IMG/VR virus record: IMGVR_UViG_3300042483_000388
Direction: 5' to 3' (one strand)
Source: a virus
Lineage: Duplodnaviria; Caudoviricetes
DNA: 64,000 nt
The notes under the pieces were generated by a model that was given only the letters and a program-made list of their open reading frames with translations, ran no database searches and was not told where the DNA came from. Below are positions 1-9,464 of the stretch, piece after piece; the stretch's first letter is position 1, and each line of letters opens with the position of its first letter. A program made the translations under genes and the position numbers.

Positions 1-564
1 TTTATTACCTTTATAATCATAAAATTGATTCATCATTAACAAACCTCTTACCGATATTTCAGGCATCATATAAAAATTCCAACCTAACATATCAAATTCA
101 TCGTCGTGATAAGAACATTCATTACGACCACTAAATCTTGCACGTTTAAACCATTCATAAGCTTTAACATCATCAGTCAGTATTGCACCACCTTTTGATA
201 ATTTTAAATGCTTATATGCACCTGTAAATGACAAACACATATGTGTGTTAGGTATATACATATCGGCCGTAAACCTTAATGATGAATCCCAAACTTTAGT
301 TGGTTTTAACTGATAAGCGCCCTTCAATTTTTCGCCACTAATTTCATAAAATTTAACCTTACCACCAGCGTGTATTATTTCACAAGGCACTGATGGATAA
401 GTTCTATTAGGGATTTCAATTTCTTTTCCTTTTATGTTTTCATAATATAATGATAAAAACAACGCATTACTTTGATTATCAATAGTTACCACATATGGGG
501 CACCTGTATAATCAGAAATCTTTTTTTCAAATTCCTCAGTAATTTTATATATACCTTCAGACAT
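1..564 (-). CDS. DegT/DnrJ/EryC1/StrS-like PLP-dependent sugar aminotransferase (3' end runs out of window)
   Basis: Hand translation from ATG at 564: MSEGIYKITEEFEKKISDYTGAPYVVTIDNQSNALFLSL...TYPSVPCEIIHAGG...SFTGAYKHLKLSKGGAILTDD...GWNFYM. Motifs match the DegT family; frame stays open to position 1; absent from the ORF track because it has no stop in the window. Confidence 0.8.
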   Translation of the reverse strand, partial: MSEGIYKITEEFEKKISDYTGAPYVVTIDNQSNALFLSLYYENIKGKEIEIPNRTYPSVPCEIIHAGGKVKFYEISGEKLKGAYQLKPTKVWDSSLRFTADMYIPNTHMCLSFTGAYKHLKLSKGGAILTDDVKAYEWFKRARFSGRNECSYHDDEFDMLGWNFYMMPEISVRGLLMMNQFYDYKGNK

Positions 565-1198
565 TTTTTCTAATTATTTTACAAGGGTTTCCGTATGCAA
601 CAACATTATCGGGAATGTCTTTAGTAACTAATGAACCAGCGCCAATTATGGTATTATCACCTATCTTAACACCGTCAATTATATTCGCACCAATTCCTAT
701 TTGACAACCTTCACCTATTGTTACATTTCCCGCAATATTAACTCCAGGATTTATGGTAGTATATTTGCCTATAACAGTATGATGACCAATACTAACATTT
801 CTATTAATAAATACAAAATCACCAATCGTTGTGTGACCAGCAATACTTACCAAAGTATTAATGACTATTCCGTTACCTAATTTAACTGTATTAGAGATAT
901 CAGAGTTATCCGATATTAAGTTAACCAAAATAGTATCTTTATTTACCTCAAATACATTACTAACTATTTTTCTTATTTTAGGTTTAACAACCCCCAAGGT
1001 AACCATTTTGTTATTGATATCTATATCATTGGTAATTTCAATATTAAACTTGGGGTGATCGTATTTTTTTGTTGGTAATAATCCCAAGTTATTAATGATT
1101 TCAATGGATGGATAAAGACCTTTTGAATTCAAAATATCTAATAACATAGTAATTGACGCTTCACTAAATCCAAGTACTGTTAATTTTTCTATTTCCAT
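557..1198 (-). CDS. NeuD/PglD-family sugar O/N-acyltransferase (hexapeptide repeat)
   Basis: Left-handed beta-helix hexapeptide repeats (IGDFVFINRNVSIGHHTVIGKYTTINPGVNIAGNVTIGEGCQIGIGA) and C-terminal VVAYGNPCK. Confidence 0.9.
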   Translation of the reverse strand: MEIEKLTVLGFSEASITMLLDILNSKGLYPSIEIINNLGLLPTKKYDHPKFNIEITNDIDINNKMVTLGVVKPKIRKIVSNVFEVNKDTILVNLISDNSDISNTVKLGNGIVINTLVSIAGHTTIGDFVFINRNVSIGHHTVIGKYTTINPGVNIAGNVTIGEGCQIGIGANIIDGVKIGDNTIIGAGSLVTKDIPDNVVAYGNPCKIIRKNV

Positions 1199-2003
1199 AA
1201 CCCAAGTTTTTAAAATCTAATGGCGATAAAACACCCAAACCCATTTCGTCCATTATCTTACGAATTCTTTGTAATAATTTAATATTAGTTGTTTTAACTT
1301 TATTTGTATAGTATAAATTATCCTCCAACCCAATTCTAATTCCGTCAGCATATAATAAACCTAACAGATTAGATGGCAATTGTTCTTTACCGATACCACC
1401 TAAACATAATAAACTATTATTAGGTTTATTCTGAATTATAGAATTTAATGATGCAACATCTGATTGTGCGTTATAGATATTACCCAAAATAACATTAATG
1501 TAATGAGGCCCCGTTAAGATACCTTTTTTAATCAAATAGTTAGTGTAGTTTAACATTCCAGAATCAAAACATTCGATCTCAGGAGTAACACCATATTGAT
1601 ACATTTTTTCAATTAATCTCAAAATAGTGTCAGGAGAATTAATTGATTCACCAGTCGGGAAATTTAATGAGGACATGGTCAATGATCCCATATCGGGAAG
1701 TAATTCTAAGACCTCCGTCCTTCTATCAATATTTGGTTCGAATCTACCTGTTAATGAAACACATATGGTTAAATTAGGACAATGTTGTCTAATACCTTCT
1801 ATAATGGGTCTATAGTGATTTTTATTGCTACTGTTCTTTAATGTTTCAGGATCCCTAGCATGAATATGTGTAAGAGTTATACCATACTCATATGCCTCAT
1901 GAACCTCCTCAATTATTTTGGCAGGTAATAACGGAGCATAAGAATTATCTTTAGTTGTTTGAGTACCTGTAGGGGTAAAGTTAATTATTTTATTTGACAT
2001 CAC
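1164..2003 (-). CDS. Beta-keto acid cleavage enzyme (BKACE / 3-keto-5-aminohexanoate cleavage enzyme-like, DUF849 family)
   Basis: N-terminal INFTPTG...P, HIHARD metal motif, SLTMSSLNF, PEIECFDSG, GIRIGLEDN; probable start is ATG at 2000. Confidence 0.85.
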   Translation of the reverse strand: MMSNKIINFTPTGTQTTKDNSYAPLLPAKIIEEVHEAYEYGITLTHIHARDPETLKNSSNKNHYRPIIEGIRQHCPNLTICVSLTGRFEPNIDRRTEVLELLPDMGSLTMSSLNFPTGESINSPDTILRLIEKMYQYGVTPEIECFDSGMLNYTNYLIKKGILTGPHYINVILGNIYNAQSDVASLNSIIQNKPNNSLLCLGGIGKEQLPSNLLGLLYADGIRIGLEDNLYYTNKVKTTNIKLLQRIRKIMDEMGLGVLSPLDFKNLGYGNRKINSTWI

Positions 2004-4243
2004 ACTTTCTTAAATATAATCATTTATAATTCAATTATAAATAAAATTGTAAAATTAAATCACTCATATATAACTATAATGAAATAATATAATTACTCAC
2101 TCCTCCTACCGTTCATTTCATTCACTACGGATTCATTCATAATTAAATTCCTTCATTATAATAAATTGATCCCCCCATTTAATCACTCACATCTACGATG
2201 TTCGTTCTCCCCATTTAATCGGTCCCTTATTAGTAGACAAAATTCTTGACATATTTTTAGTAACACATTTTGTGTAATTATATTAAAGACCAATGGTCTT
2301 GATGAGGTAATTGTTATGGTGTGTTATTAGTTGGTAGATGAAGGGGGGAATTAATCATATCTATAAGATAAGGTTTCACCTTAATGAAATGATATAAAAG
2401 ATCCCCACTTATTACCACTTAAGAATATGTTTACATGTCTATATAAGTTGTCTATTTTTATGGGGTCAAAGGTTGAAAGGGACTTAAGTTGGACATAAGT
2501 GGTCACTTATGGATCGTTGAAGTAACTACTCTAACGTCCTAAAGGACTGTCCACGGCTAAGGTTCTGAAACACTATACTTTTGGCTGGAAATTACCTATA
2601 GTTAAAAAAGTGGTCCTGTAGACCCCTACAGAGGGGATTTATTTGATTTTTTATCCTCTCACTATAGCAACAGGACTATTATCGGTGGGAGAAAGTGGTA
2701 ATGATTGTGGGAGAAAGTGGTAACAAAGTGGGTGAGGGGGATTGTGTGGTGTTCATCCCCTGACTGACATAATGACAAAAACAAGAAAATTAACATATTT
2801 ATTTATTAACAATTCTATCCTTATGATATCAACACTCAACAAATTCGATAAAGTTATCAACAAAAGTGGTAACACAATAACCCTGACATATTGTCACTAT
2901 AACTTTTCTGGCACGTGTACTTACCAAGAAGTAACAACTAAAGGGTTAAGAAAACCCATAGAACAAAGTTTTTTTGTATTGGTTTCAACTGACATGGGAG
3001 ATGTAATAGAATATAGGCATAAGGAAACCCCTCTAACAAGTGGGGATTTATTATTGGTGGACAAAGATATAAGGGATCATTCCCTCCAATACATTAAGGA
3101 GAATATAATTTAAGAGAAGGGGTTTATGATCCCCCACCTCCTTATCAGTCAGGGGGTGAATATTACGCCCCAGGAATACAGGTAGTATAGTATGGTTAAT
3201 ATTCCAATGACTGTTAGTATAACCTGAATGGTTTTTCTAAATACCCACACGCCATAGACAGCGACCACCAATAGTATTAAGATTGTTATAGTATTCATAT
3301 CACAAATATAATCATTATACTTTAATTAATATAATATATTGTGAACTTTATTTGACTTACAAAGTATTTATATGTAGTTACTTATTATCCCCATGGTTGG
3401 GATTTAGTTATTCAGTCGCCACGGCACGTAAAGAATAAGATGGGTAATGACAATAAGAATAAACATATGGTTCACCAAACGTGGGGAACAGATTGAATCT
3501 CTCTCATAACGAGGGGGAATTTTTTTGTGCTTATCCCTTTGGTTCCAAGTCCTCATCGGTAATGATATGTCTACGGACCCATCCACTTAGTTTAGTAGTG
3601 GGGAAATACTCCAACACCAACATGGATCCACATGTAAATAATACAATGAAAAACATTAAGACACTAACAATGATCGTTAGTATATAAAGGGTCGGACTAA
3701 GACACATACCTTCCCTCCTCCTTCAATGGATTAACAAGTGGTTCACATGGTAATGGTCTACAGATCATAAGTGATATCCCCACACCAAAGAGGGGAAGAG
3801 TAATATATATTAATAGGTTCTTCATAGTGATATAAAGATACACATAATATCTAATAGGAACAAGGGGGTCTCATACAATTATTATAAGTCCCTTATATAT
3901 ATATTATAAGGCAGGTTGGAGTCTACACTCCAAGCACCCCCAAGACTGCCAGCCCGACATCTCTCTCATAGTGTCATAACAAAGATACGGATTCATTTTG
4001 ATATAACCAAACATTCCCCCATATATTATTACATTAAAGTTATTAACAATTCATATGACACCATGTCATGTTGATAACTTAATACTCCCCTCCCCATCCT
4101 TGGCATACCCTACCATAGGGGATATGACCCCCTCCCCCCCACCGTATCCCCCCCATATATGACATTTTGACAGGCCGTAGGGGGGTTCAATCCCTTTTAC
4201 AAAGTATTCGTAAAAAAATTCTGGAAAAATTTTTGGGAAAAAA
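2004..4243. other. Long, mostly non-coding region with repeated boxes, G/C runs and A-tracts (origin- or terminus-like, unassigned)
   Basis: No convincing protein. TGACA-N3-TGTCA at 2884-2896 and 4056-4068; TGACA-N3-TGACA at 2765-2777 and 4160-4172; TTAT(C/T)AACA at 2803, 2854, 4040 and reverse at 4069; GTGGGAGAAAGTGGTAA duplicated near 2685-2723; C-run block 4129-4154; A/T tracts 4211-4243. Confidence 0.45.
3980..4011 (-). promoter_or_regulatory. Bacteroidota-type sigma70 promoter
   Basis: Minus strand reads TTTG (4011-4008), 20-nt spacer, TATCTTTG (3987-3980). Confidence 0.7.
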
Positions 4244-4300
4244 TTGAAACTATTCCCCCATTACATAGTGAGAACATATTTATCACTAAAGAAATATATT

Positions 4301-4669
4301 ATGAAAAGATTTAGACTTACGGAATCAGATTTAACGAGGATTGTTAAACGAGTGATAAATGAAGACACTGAAAATAATAGTGTTAAGAAACTTATCTCAC
4401 TTTTGGTAAAGAATGATTTTATTGATATGGATAATGAAACTGTAAATGTCTATGACGATCACATAGAGGTCTACTCAATTAAAGGGTTTGATTATCCATA
4501 CTTTGAAGAAAACTTTATTAAGTTATATCCTGAAGATATTGATGATGGATATGTTTATGTCGAGAGGGAAGATTATGGTGAAGAAATTGATGACGAGGAA
4601 TATGAAGAGGTTCTTAGTCACATGTGGGGTGATTGGTATGATAAACTAGAACTTGAGTTTCTTGACTAA
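4301..4669 (+). CDS. Leader-family protein (MKRFRLTESDLTRIVKRVINE) with acidic payload; putative head-packaged protein
   Basis: Probable start ATG 4301 after TATTTAT at 4277-4283; the track start at 4244 is an upstream extension. Confidence 0.75.
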   Translation: MKRFRLTESDLTRIVKRVINEDTENNSVKKLISLLVKNDFIDMDNETVNVYDDHIEVYSIKGFDYPYFEENFIKLYPEDIDDGYVYVEREDYGEEIDDEEYEEVLSHMWGDWYDKLELEFLD

Positions 4670-4681
4670 TTAAAATATTAT

Positions 4682-4712
4682 AACCCCATTCAAATTAAGA
4701 GTGGGGTTTTTT
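4682..4712 (+). terminator. Intrinsic terminator, repeat family A (CCCCAT...AAGAGTGGGG-Tn)
   Basis: Hairpin plus T-run; AAGAGTGGGG recurs at 4697, 5168, 5936 and 8310. Confidence 0.75.
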
Positions 4713-4735
4713 ATTTTCCGTTATATTTATCTTAT

Positions 4736-5152
4736 ATGAAAATCGTTATAACAGAATCTCAGTATAACTTATTGGTTGAATCAAAAAAAGATAAATTTAA
4801 AAAGTTTTTAAAAGACAAATTTGATTTTGAATTGGAAGTTAAACTTATTGAAACGTATGATGATATTCCAACTAATATTCGTGATTTGGTATCCCTTAGG
4901 TGGTTTAAGTCTCAGATAAATGCATTTGGTCCTTTGTATCTTTTTAAATTTAATGATAGAACTTTTTTATTTGTGGATAGCGAACGCAATGGTGGATTTG
5001 CTTTGGAAATAATTTATCATAATTCTTGGGCGAATGGCATGGATAGTAAAATTGGTGGAACTACCTCTTTAACAGGAGATCGTTTAAACAAACTATTTAA
5101 TATTAGTGAAATTGGGTTGGACCCCATTGTTATAATAAAATTGTATTTATAA
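4736..5152 (+). CDS. Leader-family protein (MKIVITESQYNLLVE) with KFLK..FGP.Y domain
   Basis: ORF track; domain shared with the C-terminus of 10589-11413 and with 11410-11853; TATTTAT at 4724. Confidence 0.75.
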   Translation: MKIVITESQYNLLVESKKDKFKKFLKDKFDFELEVKLIETYDDIPTNIRDLVSLRWFKSQINAFGPLYLFKFNDRTFLFVDSERNGGFALEIIYHNSWANGMDSKIGGTTSLTGDRLNKLFNISEIGLDPIVIIKLYL

Positions 5153-5183
5153 ACCCACCTTTTAATTAAGAGTGGGGATTTTT
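5152..5183 (+). terminator. Intrinsic terminator, repeat family A
   Basis: AACCCACCTTTTAATTAAGAGTGGGGATTTTT. Confidence 0.65.
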
Positions 5184-5204
5184 GTTTCTTGTATATTTAT
5201 TAAT

Positions 5205-5594
5205 ATGAAAATTATAAGACTTACTGAATCAGATTTAACTCGTATTGTTAAACGAGTAATTAATGAAGACTTTAAACAAACCTCATGGGAAGATATTTGG
5301 TTTAAGTTAAGAAGATTATCACAAAGTTTTCATTTTCCTGAAGATCCTGAGTATAGTTTTGGTGGACTTAATTTTATGGTTTCGGAAGACGGAGAAAGTT
5401 TGGAACTAATGGACATTTATAAAGATCCTTATATGTGGAGAGATGACTATTATGAAGGTGTTGAGGTTTTAGAAAAGTATTCAAATAAAATTAAAAACTT
5501 TGTTGATGAGTTTAATTTAAAATACGACTATCCATTTACCCTTATGTTTAAAATGGGTCCAAATTATGATATGAAATTTTACACTGAAGATTAA
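5205..5594 (+). CDS. Leader-family protein (MKIIRLTESDLTRIVKRVINE)
   Basis: Probable start ATG 5205 after TATTTAT at 5194-5200. Confidence 0.75.
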   Translation: MKIIRLTESDLTRIVKRVINEDFKQTSWEDIWFKLRRLSQSFHFPEDPEYSFGGLNFMVSEDGESLELMDIYKDPYMWRDDYYEGVEVLEKYSNKIKNFVDEFNLKYDYPFTLMFKMGPNYDMKFYTED

Positions 5595-5758
5595 ATAATG
5601 TGAAATTTATTCTAAACCCCCACCTCATCAGTGGAGGTTTTCTAAAACACGACCCCTCTTTTTTAATAATACCTAATTACTGAAAAAAAAATTTTAGAAA
5701 AATTTAACCAAGTTTTATATGTTGATATTATTAAATAATATTACTAACGTTTAACTAT

Positions 5759-5911
5759 ATGAAAAACCTTGGAATTATATTATCCGCATTGGTAACCATT
5801 TTTTTGGTATTATATTATGTGAACCCATTTATTATCTATCTTATTGGATGTTATCAGGTCGGGGTATGGATTGGGGACACCATGATTAAATTGATTGAAA
5901 AAGATGATTGA
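5759..5911 (+). CDS. Small membrane protein (50 aa)
   Basis: Hand translation: MKNLGIILSALVTIFLVLYYVNPFIIYLIGCYQVGVWIGDTMIKLIEKDD*; followed by a family A terminator. Confidence 0.55.
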   Translation: MKNLGIILSALVTIFLVLYYVNPFIIYLIGCYQVGVWIGDTMIKLIEKDD

Positions 5912-5920
5912 TAAAAATAT

Positions 5921-5952
5921 AACCCCATTTTTAATAAGAGTGGGGTTTTTTT
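5921..5952 (+). terminator. Intrinsic terminator, repeat family A
   Basis: AACCCCATTTTTAATAAGAGTGGGGTTTTTTT. Confidence 0.75.
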
Positions 5953-6006
5953 GAATATCTAAGTATTTATTAATAAATTAAAACATTATAAATAAATAAA
6001 AATATT

Positions 6007-6339
6007 ATGGCAAGAATTATAAGATTAACTGAACAAGATTTGGCTCGTATCGTTAGAAGAGTTATTATGGAACAAGAAGTTAAAATGGTTCAGGGATCCG
6101 CTTGGGCTTGTTATGGTGGTGCAGAAGGACCAGCTCCCGATTACGCAACAATGAATGGAAACGAAATTGAATTTTTCCAAGACGATTCAATGATGAAATC
6201 CCTTGGTAAAGTATATTTACCAAAAGCACAAAAAACTAGAGGTCAATTTTGTGGAACTCCATCACAAGTAGGAACCTCAGTTGTGTTAACAAGTGATCAA
6301 GGAAAATATACTTGTACGACTGATTGTTTACCAAGTTAA
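6007..6339 (+). CDS. Leader-family protein (MARIIRLTEQDLARIVRRVIME) with small Cys-containing payload
   Basis: ORF track; TATTTAT at 5964. Confidence 0.75.
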   Translation: MARIIRLTEQDLARIVRRVIMEQEVKMVQGSAWACYGGAEGPAPDYATMNGNEIEFFQDDSMMKSLGKVYLPKAQKTRGQFCGTPSQVGTSVVLTSDQGKYTCTTDCLPS

Positions 6340-6509
6340 TAAAAAAATTAATATAAATCCCCATTCCAATATGATATAAAATTCTTCTTTTCTTATTGGG
6401 CGCCGGAACCCCGTCCCGACTTCGTCGGTTTTTTATAATTTACTTAAGTAAGTATTTCAGAAAAGGTGGATTTTTTTATATTATGTGGTATTTATAAATA
6501 AAGAATATT

Positions 6510-6824
6510 ATGTCAAGAATTATAAGATTAACCGAATCAGATTTAATTTATTTAATTAAGGATGTTATTAATGAATCTTTTATGGAAAAGAAAATTAATG
6601 ATGTTAAAATAATAAATAAGATACAAAATGAATTAGGGAATAAAGTCTCTTCAGGAAATTTTGTTTTGCAAATTGGTGGTGCTGTGTCAGGAGGTGTTAT
6701 TATAAGACACCCTGATTATGATAATAATAAAAAACAAATAAAAATTTCTATTAAGGACCAATCGGGTATTCCAAGTAAAGGTACATGGTCAATTAATGGA
6801 ACACATTTAATACTTAAACAATAA
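6510..6824 (+). CDS. Leader-family protein (MSRIIRLTESDLIYLIKDVINE)
   Basis: ORF track; TATTTAT at 6489. Confidence 0.75.
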   Translation: MSRIIRLTESDLIYLIKDVINESFMEKKINDVKIINKIQNELGNKVSSGNFVLQIGGAVSGGVIIRHPDYDNNKKQIKISIKDQSGIPSKGTWSINGTHLILKQ

Positions 6825-7459
6825 TGAAAAAAGTAATTAGACTTACAGAAAGAGATTTAACAAGATTGGTTAAACAAATTATTAGGGAAGAAGAAATGGA
6901 CCACCAATCTCAGATGGCCGCTTGGAAAGAAGAAGATAGAAAAAAATCACTTAAACCTAAATCAATTGAGATTAAATTTTTACCTAAATGGGATGAATTT
7001 ATGTCCAATATGAAAAGTGGGTCGTTGCGTGGAAACATAAACATAGGTAGTACCGTTATGTTATATGCCAATGGTTCAGAAGAAAAAATTGGAACTGGCC
7101 CATATGAAATTGAAAACGATAGACAAGTGTTTTATTATGCAACATATAGACCAGATAAGAATCAAATAAATGTTAATGGATATTTCTGTTTTGGTGATGC
7201 AGTTATTGGAGATTATGATCCAAAACACTTACTTAACAAAGACCCTGAAAGTTATTTCAATGCAAGAAGAAGCGGTGAGAATACGAAAGGTCTTGGTTTT
7301 TGTAAGTCTGGTGGTAATTTCCATAGTGAGTTTGATTCTTTTAATATTGGGGAAACTGACAACAATGATTTTTTTGAGGTTGTTAAAACTGATGGAGAAT
7401 ATCAACCAAAAGAAGATGAACAATTATTTGAAAGATATTATAAAAGAAGAAGTTATTAA
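6824..7459 (+). CDS. Leader-family protein (MKKVIRLTERDLTRLVKQIIRE) with C-terminal LFE-RYYKRRSY tail
   Basis: ORF track. Confidence 0.75.
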   Translation: MKKVIRLTERDLTRLVKQIIREEEMDHQSQMAAWKEEDRKKSLKPKSIEIKFLPKWDEFMSNMKSGSLRGNINIGSTVMLYANGSEEKIGTGPYEIENDRQVFYYATYRPDKNQINVNGYFCFGDAVIGDYDPKHLLNKDPESYFNARRSGENTKGLGFCKSGGNFHSEFDSFNIGETDNNDFFEVVKTDGEYQPKEDEQLFERYYKRRSY

Positions 7460-7465
7460 AAACTT

Positions 7466-7494
7466 AACCCCATCCATAACAGGTGGGGTTTTTT
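7466..7494 (+). terminator. Intrinsic terminator, repeat family B (CATCCATAACAGGTG core)
   Basis: AACCCCATCCATAACAGGTGGGGTTTTTT; the 15-nt core is repeated at 10542-10556. Confidence 0.75.
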
Positions 7495-7517
7495 GTTTCT
7501 CGTATATTTATCATTAT

Positions 7518-7928
7518 ATGAAAATAGAAATAAGTAAGTTACAATATCAAAGGGTTGTTTATAAGTTATTGGATGCCTTATATGGTCCTAATATTTCATT
7601 TAAAAAAGATGATGATATATTTGAGATTTTATCAGATAATGGTGAAGAAATTTTTAGACTTTATACAAAGGAGGGAAGATCTAAAGGATGTAAAAGAGAT
7701 ATGTTAGTTCTTACTAAGACAATTGAGGAAATTAAAATGTTTTTTCCACCAGCGGTATTAAGAAAAAAACTATTTTCTAAAACAATAATTTCTTATGTCA
7801 ATGAAAAAACAAATCTTGATATTGATTGTATTGATTTTGCGTATGAAATATATGATAATGATGAAACTTATTTAGAAACTAAATATAGGTTTAACGTTAA
7901 AAAGAATAAAAAAACAAGATCTATGTAA
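7518..7928 (+). CDS. Hypothetical protein, paralog of 11850-12290
   Basis: Probable start ATG 7518 after TATTTAT at 7505: MKIEISKLQYQRVVYKLLDALYGP...GCKRD...LDIDCIDF...FNVKKNKK. Confidence 0.75.
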   Translation: MKIEISKLQYQRVVYKLLDALYGPNISFKKDDDIFEILSDNGEEIFRLYTKEGRSKGCKRDMLVLTKTIEEIKMFFPPAVLRKKLFSKTIISYVNEKTNLDIDCIDFAYEIYDNDETYLETKYRFNVKKNKKTRSM

Positions 7929-8031
7929 GTTGTGGGTTTTATGTAAAGTAAAAGTCTACTAATCCGTAAAGTCGACCCCCCTTCTATTGATTGGGGGATT
8001 TTTTTTGTTTATTTTTTAATAAAAATATATT

Positions 8032-8289
8032 ATGGCAAAAATTAATGTTTATCGCACTGAGTCTTATGACACTTGGATTCTTAAAGAACCTGTTGAGATT
8101 GATACTGACAATTACCCAGAAATGGAAGGGATGACGGAAGAGGAAATGAAAGATTATATCCGTGAGAATTATCACGATATGAAACCAACCAGCAATAAGT
8201 GGTATGGTAGTCTATCTGAAGAATTGGATGGTCAGGATGTTCGTAGAGATAAGATCACAAACGAGGATCAGGACATTATGTTCGACTAA
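8032..8289 (+). CDS. Hypothetical acidic protein
   Basis: ORF track; flanked by hairpin terminators at 7975-8006 and 8293-8325. Confidence 0.7.
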   Translation: MAKINVYRTESYDTWILKEPVEIDTDNYPEMEGMTEEEMKDYIRENYHDMKPTSNKWYGSLSEELDGQDVRRDKITNEDQDIMFD

Positions 8290-8292
8290 ATT

Positions 8293-8325
8293 AAATCCCC
8301 ATTCCTAATAAGAGTGGGGTTTTTT
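8293..8325 (+). terminator. Intrinsic terminator, repeat family A
   Basis: AAATCCCCATTCCTAATAAGAGTGGGGTTTTTT. Confidence 0.75.
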
Positions 8326-8374
8326 GTTTCACTTATTTAAGTGTTAGAGTATATTTAAAATTATATATTATTCT

Positions 8375-8773
8375 ATGGTTAGAAAAGACATTTATAAAAT
8401 TGATATACAAGATGGTTTATATTTTTTAGTATTCCATAAAACATTTAATGGTGGGTTTGGATCCGCAGTGTCCTTATATGTAAATGAATTTGAATATTTA
8501 AAATTTGATTGTTTCGGGGAAAACGAAGGTCATTACCATATTTATGATGACATAACAAATGAGATTATTTATTTTATTGAAAAAACATGTGAAGAACAAA
8601 TAAGTCGCACTTCTTATGAATTAATTAATAATATTGACACATATCTAAATAAAAGTAAAAATGTGGACATAAAAAATTTTAAAATAAATCATAAAGATTT
8701 TATAGATAAAATAGATGATGTAAAAAATAAAATGTTAGAATATGAATATAATTTTTATTCAACTTTAAGGTAA
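8375..8773 (+). CDS. Hypothetical protein
   Basis: ORF track, 132 aa; no recognised motif. Confidence 0.65.
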   Translation: MVRKDIYKIDIQDGLYFLVFHKTFNGGFGSAVSLYVNEFEYLKFDCFGENEGHYHIYDDITNEIIYFIEKTCEEQISRTSYELINNIDTYLNKSKNVDIKNFKINHKDFIDKIDDVKNKMLEYEYNFYSTLR

Positions 8774-8784
8774 AATATAAAACC

Positions 8785-9438
8785 ATGACACCACACCATT
8801 TATCAGAAAAATTTTATTCATCAATTAATTTGGTGGTAAATAAGACACAACCAAAAAAAATACTATTTTTAGCAAAGGTCTTTTGTGAAGAATGGTTATT
8901 ACCTAATATGTTAACGTATTCAGATGATGTTCATATTGATTATCTTCTAATACAAGAAGATGAGGTTATTGGTCTTGAGTGTGAAATTAAAGAGGGAATG
9001 AAATATAATTTCCCACATCACTATGTTTCATTTGATGAGTTTAAAAACTTTTCATTTTTGGATTCTTATGATTTTATTATAATGGATACAGTTCATTATA
9101 AGGACTATATGGATTACATTTTTAAAAACATAATTCCTTTGTGTAACGGCTATGTTTTATTGCATGATACATTACCACAAAGTGAGGGGTCTTTGACAAT
9201 ACCTCGTAGATCTGACACTAGTCCTTGGGTTGGTCAAACATATATTTCATTCCATAATTTTCATTTGGCCAATAAGAATATATCACATAATTTTGATGAT
9301 GGGTATGTTGGGTACGGGGTAATTGATTGTTCTAAAAATAATATTAATATTGATTATGATGACTCGATAATGTGGGGACTAGATGAAATTAAACTTAGTT
9401 CCATTCCTCACGAACAATTTGGTAATGTTATAATGTAA
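8785..9438 (+). CDS. Putative class I SAM-dependent methyltransferase-like protein (Methyltransf_24-like)
   Basis: YDFIIMDTVHYKDY...LCNGYVLLHDTLP resembles the D-x-I-x-I-D-x-x-H...G-x-I-x-x-H-D pattern; the SAM-binding motif I is unclear. Confidence 0.5.
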   Translation: MTPHHLSEKFYSSINLVVNKTQPKKILFLAKVFCEEWLLPNMLTYSDDVHIDYLLIQEDEVIGLECEIKEGMKYNFPHHYVSFDEFKNFSFLDSYDFIIMDTVHYKDYMDYIFKNIIPLCNGYVLLHDTLPQSEGSLTIPRRSDTSPWVGQTYISFHNFHLANKNISHNFDDGYVGYGVIDCSKNNINIDYDDSIMWGLDEIKLSSIPHEQFGNVIM

Positions 9439-9464
9439 AAAAAATTATAGAAGTATTTATTAGT

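Noticed and set aside
2742-3687. ORFs 2742-3113, 3404-3586 and 3481-3687
   Set aside because: No recognisable motifs, atypical composition, no promoter or A-rich start context, and they overlap the box-rich non-coding region. A small real gene cannot be fully excluded.
3908-3975. ZTP riboswitch
   Set aside because: Superficial GCTGGC...GGGGGTGC similarity, but no closing P1 and no 3' CGCCUGGG pseudoknot partner or downstream gene.
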